Source of the DNA: Octopus vulgaris
Taxonomy: Eukaryota
DNA length: 64,000 nt
NCBI GenBank assembly: GCA_951406725.2
Contig: OX597816.1
Span: 29,140,001 to 29,204,000, forward strand
Direction of reading: 5' to 3'
The translations under genes were made by a program, and so were the position numbers. The notes beneath the pieces were generated by a model. That model saw only the letters and a program-made list of their open reading frames with translations, ran no database searches and was not told where the DNA came from. Positions 52,429 to 64,000 of the stretch are shown here, piece by piece (position 1 is the first letter of the stretch; each line of letters opens with the position of its first letter).

Positions 52429-53935
52429 TGTTAAGCTATACGTAAACAATCGAGTGGAGACGAGTATGCATTTACTAAAGGTTTATTAATTTAGTTACAA
52501 TAGTGCTGAAGCCGTCAGTTATTTTTGTATAGTTCCTTCAAATTCGTTTCACATACGCTGCTGTCATTCTTCTGTTATCGTTCTCCGCCTGGAAGTCCTT
52601 TTGTCTCCTGCTGACCAACTTCCTAGCTAGCCCGCGGCGAAGTATCTGTCTACAGTTCGTCTGCCACGAATCTTACCCTACATAGCTCCCCACCAGAACT
52701 GTAGACTGTTACTGGAAACGAGATGGCGTTTTAATGGTTCGTTCTCTGCGTGTGGTTACTCGATTCTTTAGTTACTGTTCCTTGTCAAGGGTTGGTGTGA
52801 TCTGTCTATGACGACCCCTGTTTGGTGGTAAGGCCACCTGGACGGGGCTGTCAATATCAAAATGGGCCGGTTTCAATCTATCGATGGAGACTGTGTTTTG
52901 TCGTCCACCAATTAGGAGTTGGAATGTTTTATCTCCCGGATGTATGACTTGATATGGACCGTAGGGTGACTGGAGGGGTATTCGTCGTGTAGCACGTCGA
53001 ACGTACACAAAGTTAGCTGCGCGGAGGTCATTTGTTACGGATGATCTGGGAGTACCGTGTGTCGACATGGGAACAAGGTGAAACTGGCCCACGCTGTCTC
53101 TTAGCTGAGCGAGGTACCTTTTGACATCCGGGTCTGAATTCGTATTGGGAAGGAACTCTCCTGGAATTTTAAGGGGAGCACTGTACACCATTTTCACGGA
53201 GGAAGTATTGAGATTTTCTTTTGGGGCACTGCAGATTCTCAGCGTTAGGGGATGGGAATTGGTCGATCCAATTTGGGCAGTTAAGTCTGGTTGTCAGTGA
53301 TTCCTTTATGTGGTGGTGAATCTCTCCACTAATCCGTTGGCCTGTGGGTGGTAGGCTGTTGTACGCTTCATTGTGATTCCGAAAAGATCACACATGTCAT
53401 TCACCTCATTCGAGGTGAATTGTGGTCCCCGATCGGATGAGATGTTATCTGGGACACCGAAGCGGGTGACCCATTTTGCGAGGAAAGCTCGGCTGACTTC
53501 TTGGGTTTCTGTACTGCGGAGAGGGATAGCTTCAGGCCAACGGGTGTAGCCGTCCACCAAGTTCAGTAGGTACGAGCAACCCTGTGAATGAGGTAGAGGG
53601 CCGACAACGTCGATGTTGACATGGCTGAATCGGGCCTGAGGTGGTTCATAGTTGCCGAGGGGTGCTGTGGTGTGTTGATGGACCTTGGCTTGTTGACAGA
53701 GAATGCAGGACATACTCCAGTCCTCAATTTACTTGTCCATACCGTGCCAAATAAATTTACTTGACAGTAGCCGCCGTATGGCTCTAGTACCTGGGTGAGA
53801 GAGTCGATGAATGATGTTGAAAACATTTTTGCTCCAGGATGATGGGACGATCGGTCGTGGCTTGCCTAGATTGGCTTCATCACTTTGGTTGTTCAGGTAT
53901 GGAAAGCCACTGTGGATGTCTGTGGAACAGAAACT
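52429..53935 (-). mobile_element. Gypsy integrase, PPT and 3' LTR
   Basis: HRLSHPG..CILCQQAK (HHCC), HVNIDVVGPLP, SDRGPQFTS, TAYHPQANGLVER, PYGPY. PPT GGTGGGGAGCTA precedes LTR start TG at 52682; distal LTR end is approximate. Confidence 0.93.
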
Positions 53936-53954
53936 TGACCTACGTTGAAAAGAG

Positions 53955-54105
53955 GACAATTGAAGAAAGAAACAGAGAGCGTTATTATAGCTGCTCAAGA
54001 TGAAGCGTTAAAACATGAAGAAATACGTGTAAAGGGAGAAAATGTCAGCAAAATGGAGAGAGTGTGGGATTTGGTATGAAACATTGGCACATATTGTTTC
54101 AACAT
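53955..54105 (+). pseudogene. R4/Dong-type non-LTR fragment
   Basis: LKKETESVIIAAQDEALK and ETLAHIVS are typical of the region before the REL endonuclease. Confidence 0.7.
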
Positions 54106-54690
54106 AACCCAAGAAGACTCAGAGAGAGCATAAGAAATGCAGACAAGATCAAGTTGGCAATGTTTTGCACTATAGGCTTTGTCGGGAATGAAGGTTTGAA
54201 ACAGGTAGTACTTGATGCAATCATAAGTTTGAAAGAATGCTTGAGTCGGAGAAATCCAAAATTTTATGGCATTTTCTAATATGAACACGATAAGAGAGAG
54301 AATATAATAAACCGGATATAACAGGAAAAGCGTGGTTGTTTACTGATTGATTCATCATGTCCTATTTATTTCAGAAATGTAAAGATGAAAACTTTAAACA
54401 AAATGATAAATACAAACCCTTAAACTTATGTTTGCTTTTGTGCACACCGTGTATGTGATTTGCTGTGACATAACGACCGTCTGAGGCTAGATGACAGACT
54501 CTGATGCAGACGTGCCGGGCGGGAAGCCTTCACCATAATCTGATATAGCTTCACTCTCACCGTTAATTTTTACCTTGTGTTGCATCATGATTTCATAATG
54601 CAAAACAAGGGTTCCCACGAGAGATGTTATTTAGATCCCATCCCTCTCTCCTTTTTTTATTTATATATACACGTGCATGTATATGTACAT

Positions 54691-54956
54691 CACGTGACCG
54701 ACCAGGCCATCAGATGTTGCTACACATCGCTGGTCACAATGCGCTTCACATTGTTTTAGCCTTCAATGACACCACCCCGCTGGCTAAGCGAGCAGGCCAA
54801 CAGAAGAAAGAGTGAGAGAAAGGGATCGCCACAGCCCCCCTGGAGCTTTAGGGGTTTTCGCTCAATAAGCACTCACAACGCCCGGTCTGGGAATCGAAAC
54901 CGCGATCCTACGACCGCGAATCCGCTGCCCTAACTACTAGGCCATTGCGACTCCAC
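54691..54956 (-). mobile_element. SINE group B (tail 2) with 12-bp TSD
   Basis: TSD gtatatgtacat at 54679-54690 and 54957-54968; same head as the 30018 copy. Confidence 0.9.
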
Positions 54957-54971
54957 GTATATGTACATACA

Positions 54972-55810
<839 letters not shown>

Positions 55811-56419
55811 TATATATATATAAATAATGTGCTTGCATTCTGTCACCTCCATAACGACAGTGATTGTCATTACCACCATCATTCTATTTATAGTATTTAA
55901 AATTATCAATAATAATATGGATCCCTCTATATTGCAGCTAATCTTCGTCACTGTTTATGAAACACTCGGCAAGCTTTCTCCTTTCATTCCACTGGTCTAT
56001 AATAATCAGTCCACTGCCACCATTCTTTCTTTTCATATATAGTCTGTGTACGTTTGCAATTAACATTTAATACTATCTTTTACGCTCCCTGCAGGACTGG
56101 TAATCCAGGGGTCATTCTCAACTAATTTTTAGTTTCGTTACTGGTCATTTCAAGTGCTCCCACACCCACAGGTTTTGTAACCGCCTTGAGAGTATGAGAA
56201 AGAGAAGCTGCTTGGTGAAAAGACCAAATTCTACTGGTCTGTATATGCATTCGGCAATCAGCAGTAGGCATTCCCGTTGATAAGGAGACAAAAGAAGACT
56301 CACACCCTTGGGGTCAGCAGAGGTCAAATGTGTTTACTACTAGTAGCGATCAACAAAATCACTGATCTTGGTTTTGAAAAGAACCGGTTCACCTTGCTCT
56401 ATTTTTAATTACGATAAGG

Positions 56420-56450
<31 letters not shown>

Positions 56451-56485
56451 TTAATAATACTACTAATAATAATAATAATAATAAT

Positions 56486-56526
<41 letters not shown>

Positions 56527-57775
56527 CATATATATTATTAGTGCTTGATGATGAAGTAACAATTTAAGTAAAATTATGCCACCAATATATGTTGCTTTAG
56601 CGTATGTAAATGTCTTAGTATCATTTCATAACAATCCTAATTCTTCTCCTATCTCCTTATTGTATGTGAGTAAAACGAATTACTTGAGATTGCTATTTGG
56701 ATGTGACGTGTGTCCTCTCTTGTTGATCTATTATTTATTTAATATTTGTTAGAGCCGATGTATGTTACCGAAATACGCAGCCGTTTTTTTATTCATTTTA
56801 TTCATCTTTCAACTATTTCTCTCATTACTAGCACATCCATTCTCACTAAAATAATGCGAACCTGACACCATCCAAATCTATATCTAATTTTAAATATCTG
56901 CTGATATGGTGAGATCTATCCTTTTTGTTAATAAGGTAATTCACGTGTATCATCCTATACTGAGCCATTGAGTCACTAACCTATAATGCAGTAACCTCTT
57001 TAAATATATATTGAATCAATATTTCTCGGCATATTTAAGCATAATATACACCACTCTAAATAAAATACCACGCAGCGTGTAGTTTAATCTAAATGCAAAA
57101 TTTCCTTATACAAATTAACATAGCTGCACTTAGCAAGGCAATTTTGCGGGTGGGCGATCGTTTAATGACCATTTACTTCCTTGCTTTTGTCAGTTGCTAA
57201 AATGTAACAGCTGCAACGTGATTGAATACACATTGGTATTATGATATATTCCAGAAGCCGGCTGCAACAAGAAACTTCTCGTTTCGTAATATTAATGTTC
57301 CTTTTATATATTAATTCCTCTTCGAAGTCTTTACTTTTCAAACCGTGTGCTTTAGTAACATGACTTAATTTAATCTTCTATTATTATACTAATTACGTTG
57401 ACAGAAAGAGCTTAATGTTCTTCGGTATATAATTAAGCATCCCGCAGTCCACATTTCCTCATTAACATAATGAACAGTGTAATTAACTACATATATTCTT
57501 TACTTTAATGAAATGAATATTTCTAGCATAGCTTTGGTTGAGTGGACCATTCTCAATATCAATGAAATTGTACATTCATTAGAAGGAAGTATTATAAAAC
57601 CGACCATAAAAAATGTGAACAACATATACAAGAAGAAGCACCTGAATGCCAAAAATATTGTGTTAGTTACCTCATTACCGTCTATATTTCTATTTACATT
57701 CACGTACATCTCGAATTTGTTAAACCGAATAGTGAATAGCGCAAGTCTTGTTATGAAAAAGTACTGACAAAACGT

Positions 57776-57940
57776 GAGGGCGCATGGGCTAGCGGATAGG
57801 TGTTGGGATAGGTGTTGTACTTACGATCGGTTTCAATGTCCGGACGAGGTGGCGCATTGTTTTGGAGCAAAACACTTCATCTCACGAGGTTCTGCGATCA
57901 CTTCGACATCTGGCATTTAGTAAACTGTGCACCAATTCAA
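57776..57940 (+). mobile_element. Old decayed tRNA-SINE head related to group B
   Basis: gagggcgcatgggctagcgg...ggtttcaatgtccggac...gagcaaaacacttcatctcacg. Confidence 0.5.
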
Positions 57941-57962
57941 GCAACATCGATTTGATGGAGGG

Positions 57963-58276
57963 TTTGTTTGTTTTTGTTTGTTCCTTCTCGAGCCATGTGT
58001 GGCTCATAAGGGCCGGTTTCCGGGTTTCTTGGCGTATAGGTTCCCCACCTGGACGGGACGCCGGACCGTCGCAGGTGAGCTGCAAGATGCAGGTGGAAAG
58101 AGTGAGAGAAAGTTGTGGCCAAAGCGTCAGCAGAAGTTCGCCATTACCTTCTGCCGGAGCCGCGTGGAGCTTAGGTGTTTCGCTTATAAACACATACATC
58201 ACCCGGTCTGAGATTCGAACCCGCGATCCCTCGACCGCGAGTCCGCTGCTCTATCCACTAGGCCATGTGCCTCCAC
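57963..58276 (-). mobile_element. SINE group B (tail 3)
   Basis: Same head; imperfect TSD tttgatggaggg / tttgacggcggg; (AAAC)n tail. Confidence 0.88.
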
Positions 58277-58930
58277 TTTGACGGCGGGTGTGAGCTAATG
58301 TACAGCATATGCGTTTGATCACCATACACATGTAATTTTTGCAAGCTGTTCAGTGAGAAACTGCAGGCCCATTTTCCCGGACAATCATATTATCATCATA
58401 CCGTCATCATATTATCAATATTGCACAACATTATATTCGCTGTCTGTGATAATATCTCATTATTTGTGCTATATTAGATGTAATTTCATCAAAACAATAT
58501 TATTCTCGTAAGATATTCACTTCAATCGTGTGTCTCAATGTATAGTCTATGCAAGTTGATCGGTTTAATAAACTCTTGCTACGTATTTATTTTTCAACTA
58601 ACATTCAGTGTGTTCGCGTGTGTAGTTAAACAATACTTTGCACAATAGCTTTCCAGAGTAGTTACAATGAGCACTGTTGCGCATCAACATAATTATCATT
58701 CGTGCAATTATATTCAATGCGGAATTGTGTCGAGGACATGTCTCATGTGTTACAAATCAATTAATACATAACACTTGCATGGTGTGATTGTGTGAGACTT
58801 GACGCGTCATTGTCTTTGAAAATTGATGCAGTCAATATAGAACGAAACCGGATTATTGTCATAAATAACATCGAAATAAGTAAATATACGCACGAGAGTA
58901 TATATGCATAAATGTATATGTATATATGTA

Positions 58931-59003
<73 letters not shown>

Positions 59004-59092
59004 ATATATAACAATTGCAGCGTAGAAGGTGTTTGTAGTCCATTTAAGAAACACACAAAAGCCGTTCGATTCACTTCAACATTTAAGTTTAA

Positions 59093-59143
59093 TTTGTCAA
59101 AATATTTTCGTCGCTTTAAGACCGAGACCTGTTCACTGACAAA
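59093..59143 (-). ncRNA. Hammerhead variant with G3-C8 core covariation
   Basis: Minus strand UUUGUCA-GUGAACA-G-GUC..GAC-GAAA-AUAU-UU-UGACAAA, with 7-bp stem I and palindromic AAUAUU stem III. Confidence 0.62.
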
Positions 59144-59318
59144 AATCAGTGCTGCAATTGTTTTCGTTTCAGCACACAATCTCAGATCAAATCACTTGCT
59201 ATGCAAGTACATCTATATATATATACGTACATTCACACATACATACATACCTATATATATATGTGTGTGTGTTTGTATGTCTGTATATATATATATATGT
59301 ATGTATGCATGTATGCAT

Positions 59319-59386
<68 letters not shown>

Positions 59387-59399
59387 ACATCAACAACAA

Positions 59400-59834
59400 T
59401 AACCCTTTCTACTATCCTTTCCCAAGGCTTCAATTTGTGGGGAGGGTACTAGACAATTACATCGACTCCTGTACTCAGCTGGTACTTATTTTATCACACC
59501 CGAAAAGATAAAAGGCAAAGTTCACCCCGGTAGAATTTGAACTCAGTATATAAAGACGGATGAAATGAAGCTAAGCATTTTGCTGGGCGTGCTAACGATT
59601 CTGCCAGCTCGGCGCTTTAATAATAATAGCAAATCTTTCCACCGTAGGCACAAAACATGACATTTTGGGAGATGAGGATGGTCGATTACATGGTACTTAC
59701 TTTGTCGATCGCTAAATGATGAAAGGGAAAGATGACCCCGGCGGATTTAAACTCAGAAAACGAAATGTAAAGACGAATTTTAAGACGAAATAGCTTTAAG
59801 CATTCCACCCGGCGTGCTAACGGTTTTGCTAGCT
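59400..59834 (-). mobile_element. Two tandem decayed SINE group C copies
   Basis: Heads gcgtgctaacgattctgccagctc (about 59610) and ggcgtgctaacggttttgctagct (about 59834). Confidence 0.8.
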
Positions 59835-59869
59835 AAGGAAAAAAAAAAGAGATTACAGGATTGCAAAAT

Positions 59870-60238
59870 CCTGTGATACAATGACTCAGGGTGACGGTGA
59901 GATTAGACATCAGAAGCCTGATGTTGTTATGGTGAATAGAAACGTAAATAACCATGCCTGATAACCGGCATAGCGTGTCCTGGTGACAACAGGATCGAAG
60001 AGAAGGAAGAAGAAAAAGAGAACACCTATGATCAATTGAAGTGGGAAATACGCAGGTTGTCGACAAAGAAGAGAGTAGATGTGATACCAGTAATCATTGG
60101 TGCGTTGAGAAGATTCAGCACTCAAGAGCTGAAGTGGCTAAAGTAGCTTGGAAAGACTACAAAGATGGAACACCTGCAAAAATCATCATTGATTAGAACT
60201 GCAAGGGTTCTTCGCAGGGCTCTTGAAGAAAGGTTAAT
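59870..60238 (+). pseudogene. R4/Dong-type restriction-like endonuclease domain (LINE 3' end)
   Basis: HQKPDVVMVN...IACPGDNRIEEKEEEKENTYDQLKWEIRRL...VDVIPVIIGAL...LQKSSLIRTARVLRRAL. Confidence 0.85.
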
Positions 60239-61259
60239 AAACATGTATTACCCTATTATCATGCACACGTGTCGTCTTACTCTAAAAGGTTGGTCATAAT
60301 ACCGCAGATTTGCTTGTCTCTTGTTTGATCATAACATACATCCATACACGCGGTTTAAGTAGCATGATATAATGCTTCCGAGACTCACGTGTATCAATAT
60401 CTAAGATGGAATGTTTTCTTCAGGTATGTTCTCTGCCCTAGAACATTAAGAACCGTCCTTGTGTGTTACACTTATCATCACAATTTTTCGGTGCATGACA
60501 AGTTGTTTTAAGGCCTGTCATACACTATTACCATACATGGAAACATAGATGCGCTGACTATATGTGAGGAATAAAGTGTCTGAGTGAGTCGAGACGGCCA
60601 CAGTCATAGGCATACAGAAAACATAGAATCATAAAATACTGATATATAATTTAAAAGAAAAGAACAATCAAATCATGGAAGATAACACTGGTTCACCTCT
60701 ACTTGGCTGGTGAACGGAAATTATGCTCACCTTGCAAAGGGAGGTAGTTCGTTAGCTAAAAAAGTGAAAAGAAAAGAAGGAAAATTCCAACCAAAAGTCG
60801 CATTTTACTGAATATTTAGGAAATTCATATTTATGCTTATATTTTATGTATATTTTTTTCAGTGACCTAAGTGCCCTCTCTTGACTCAATGTGTCTGCAA
60901 TTCAGTAAACTAAAAAAAAAAAAAATTAAATTTGTAATTCATGAGATGGAAAAATAAATAAATAAATATATAAATAAATAAATGAGCAACGATTTCATTC
61001 TTCGTCTTTATCATAAAACTTGATAGCATGAAGAGCTTACATTTTGATTGAATATGAATATCACTTGCTCCTACATTCATAACACGCCTAATACCGTAAT
61101 AGAAGTCTATTTTATAGAAAGATTGGTTTTTATCTTTCTTTAAAACAAAAGAATGAAAAAGCTATTTTGAAAATAACGTGGAATTTTTTTTTCTCTTTCT
61201 ACTTGATGTACACGAATAGATGTGATGTCTGTTTGAGAATTGCAAAGGTTTCTCCTTTA

Positions 61260-61560
61260 TTATCTCTGCCGATGAAGGAGGTTATGTTTACATCTCTGTT
61301 GGTTTGTCCGTCTGTCCATCTGTAAGCAAAATAACTCAAAATGTTGTGAACAGTATTTGTTGAAACCTGCAGGAAACGTTGGCAATGACACAAGGAATAA
61401 ATGATGCAATTTTGACAGTGATCCGGGAATTTTTATGGATTCTTGAAGGATTTTTCATTTGTTATATCTACTTTGCATGAAGTATTACAATGTTACGTTC
61501 TTTGATTATTCCCCTTGAAAACATGTTCATCGTTTCCACGTAACCTACGTTGGCGTTGCT
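61260..61560 (+). mobile_element. Helentron-associated (HINE/DINE-like) element, partial
   Basis: ttatctctgccg..ggaggttatgttt...tgtccgtctgtc..gcaaaataactcaaaa; same start as 61856. Confidence 0.6.
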
Positions 61561-61855
61561 GATTCCAAAGTTTATTTTCGTTTCTCTATTAGTGTAAAGA
61601 AACTGATTGTGGTGATCGGAGTTTTGACGATGTTTGTGATGAAAACGGAGACAGTGTTGATGATGACGATGGTCGAGATAAGTATGGAAGGAGGATAAAC
61701 TAGTATCGGTGGCTATAATGGCGACAGGAGCGGTGTGATATTTGATACTTAGGTGATGGTAGTGATATGGGTGTTGATGAAAGTGTTAGTTGTGTGACGG
61801 TGGTATTGTAGTGGTTATACTGGTTGAGGTTGTGAAAGTGACTGTTATTTTTTTT

Positions 61856-61985
61856 TAGCCCCGCTAAGGAGGTTATGTTTTTGCCGGCGTTGGTTTGGGA
61901 AATTGGGCGAATTTCAGCATGCGTGTATATGGGTGGAAACGAGCTGCTTGTCGGAGGTCTGCGCTCTGCGAGTGCTTTTCTAGTT
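61856..61985 (+). mobile_element. Miniature Helentron-associated element
   Basis: Subterminal IR ccccgctaag / cttgtcggagg, 3' hairpin gcgctc-tgc-gagtgc, end TTTTCTAGTT, T-rich target. Confidence 0.7.
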
Positions 61986-62880
61986 CTATCATGTATCTAT
62001 TGACTCTACATAGGACTATGAATTCTTTTCAGAGTTTTCCCTCTATTGCTTTTCATGGGGCATTAATATTCAGATTGTGATTAGTCATACATCTTAAATT
62101 GTATTTAGGTTTTGTTTGTGTAGATTTGATGATTCTGTAGCTGGAGTAACGATTCGTGGTCCTAATCACACAAAATGCTAGATCGATCCTCAAACGTGTT
62201 CACAAAGATGACATTTAGATTTATTCCTGAAGTGAAGATGTGTGAAATAAACAGTTAAACGATTTCAATTACATGCGTGAATATATTTAAAATGTGAGAA
62301 TTGTTATAGCACGTAATTTGTTTATTCTAGACTAGTCTATTGGCAATTACTCACTTAACACTCTGTGAGGAATACACTTACGATGTTGTTGTACAGCAAT
62401 TTAAGATAATCTCTGAGAAACGATGCTTCAGATATATTTCAGGTGATAATGATTACATTAGGACTTACAAGTGTCTGTTATATGCATGTCCGTGTGCGTT
62501 TGTGTTTGGGGTGCACGTAAGAGTGTATGAGATGCACTTATGAGTTATTCCCTACTTGAATATATTTATTTCTGCCTCTGTATGAATCCATATGAGCACG
62601 AACCTCTGTGTGCGTGTGTATGTGTGCATGCGTGCATTTATATCTGGTGAGAATGTGTATATGCGCGTCACTTGTGTATGAGAACGAATGCTTTATGCAC
62701 TAGTGTCTGCATATATATTGGCATATATGTGGAGCGATGTGATGATGTGTTGTGCTTGGCACAACGTGGTGGTAAGTGGATCGTTGGTGGGGTGGGGAAT
62801 GAGATTCGCTGCTGGAGTGAGATTCGGTATTGTTAGGGGGAGATAGAGATTAGCGTGTGTGTGAGCATGTTTGCACAAAA

Positions 62881-63272
62881 TCTTTATATATAAAAGTAAG
62901 GTTGTGTGCTGTCTGTCTCCTACGATTTAGATTCCTAACTACTCCCACATTTTGCGGTGCAGTTTAACCAAAACCGGGTATCTTATAGTCGTGATTCATA
63001 TCGAGCCCTTCTGGGTATTAGCGCGCGTCTACGATGAGTCTACGATTTTAAAAAAATTACCATCAATTTTTCCCATTTTTAATGCATTTTTGGCATATAT
63101 AAGGGAAGTAACTCTCTAAAAATTATTATTAAATCTCAGAACGTAAAAAGCTACAGTAACACCCCCCCTTGTGGTTAGCCATATTGAGATGGCTATTATA
63201 CTTTATATCTCTAAAAATGCTTATATAGTTATTTCCCTTACAAACCTGAGCAACGCCGGGCGATACTGCTAG
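62881..63272 (+). mobile_element. Non-autonomous Helitron (392 bp), same termini as 6613-7458
   Basis: The first approx. 235 bp match 6613-6845; 3' cctgagcaacgccggg..CTAG|T; A|T target. Confidence 0.9.
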
Positions 63273-63434
63273 TCATATATAGAAAGAATCTTAGGAGTTT
63301 ACAGATAATGCTTAAGGCTGAAAATTCAGTCAGAGGTCTGTACAGGATCGACTGTTAGGTATCTTGCTATTGCTTATGGGGAAGTCAGTATTAAGGTGGT
63401 ATATCTGGTTTCTCGGTAGCTAATGGCTTGTAGT

Positions 63435-63707
63435 TCACCGAGTATAGCAACAGCGGCAAGGCGGTTGATGATTCCCTGTAATGAATAATGCATACAGATC
63501 GGTGGCGAAAATACAGAGTTTCTCGGTAGCAGAGTTGGCAGTGGCGGACATTGTGTGAATAAGATAGAGCCTGTTGATGATGATCCATTCGATAATGGTA
63601 GGATTTATACTAGAGACCAAGAAATTTCCAGACAAAGCGAGAAAAGGATGCGGAGTTTTATCTATCTCTGCATCTAAGGAAATGCATACACCTTCTTTTG
63701 AAATCAT
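63435..63707 (-). pseudogene. Possible decayed non-LTR reverse transcriptase fragment
   Basis: CISLDAEIDKTPHPFL resembles the L1-type ISLDAEKAFDKI.H.F motif; later IFATDL resembles FADD. Confidence 0.45.
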
Positions 63708-64000
63708 TGGCCGTCATTATCAAGTGGCTAGCATAAGATGACACCTTGTGGGTAAATTATAGACTAAAATATATGCATAACTATCTGTGATTATGTTTCT
63801 TTAAATATTGGGCTTAGGATCGGAAATAAGCTCTTTTTATTGCTTTAATCCCGAATCCCGAAATTGGACCCAATAATAATTTACTGTGAAGTTTTATTCT
63901 GTACATTTCATTTGCTCACTTACAACCCTTGTTTTTGTAGGAGTTTACAGTGGCATTTAGCGTATTTTTAGCGTCTTCTTATATCGTGTTAGAGCAGGTT

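Noticed and set aside
56060-56420. Possible retroelement 3' end before (TAA)n
   Set aside because: No diagnostic peptide motif could be recognised.

Overview
AT-rich, microsatellite-dense eukaryotic DNA, most likely from an octopus/coleoid cephalopod (inferred from the tRNA-derived SINE families and repeat landscape, not verified). I find no credible host gene; it reads as a gene desert or large intron, and most ORF-track entries are (TA)n/(CA)n/(TCTA)n artefacts. The window is mostly decayed transposons: three full-length mariners, a Tigger/pogo element, Helitrons and Helentron-type elements, Merlin-like MITEs, two Gypsy fragments, RTE and R4/Dong LINE fragments, a Penelope GIY-YIG fragment and three SINE groups. 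The strongest hidden signal is non-coding. At least seven type I hammerhead ribozyme motifs, plus several decayed ones, sit in short, mutually dissimilar Penelope-type modules that end in (TA)n, often with inverted arms. One has a compensatory G3-C8 core. Also notable: two ORF1-only (HAL1-like) retroelements, one bracketed by pLTR-like repeats; a double fold-back repair scar at a TA microsatellite; and a SINE head joined to three different tails. All coordinates and folds were read by eye and are approximate.
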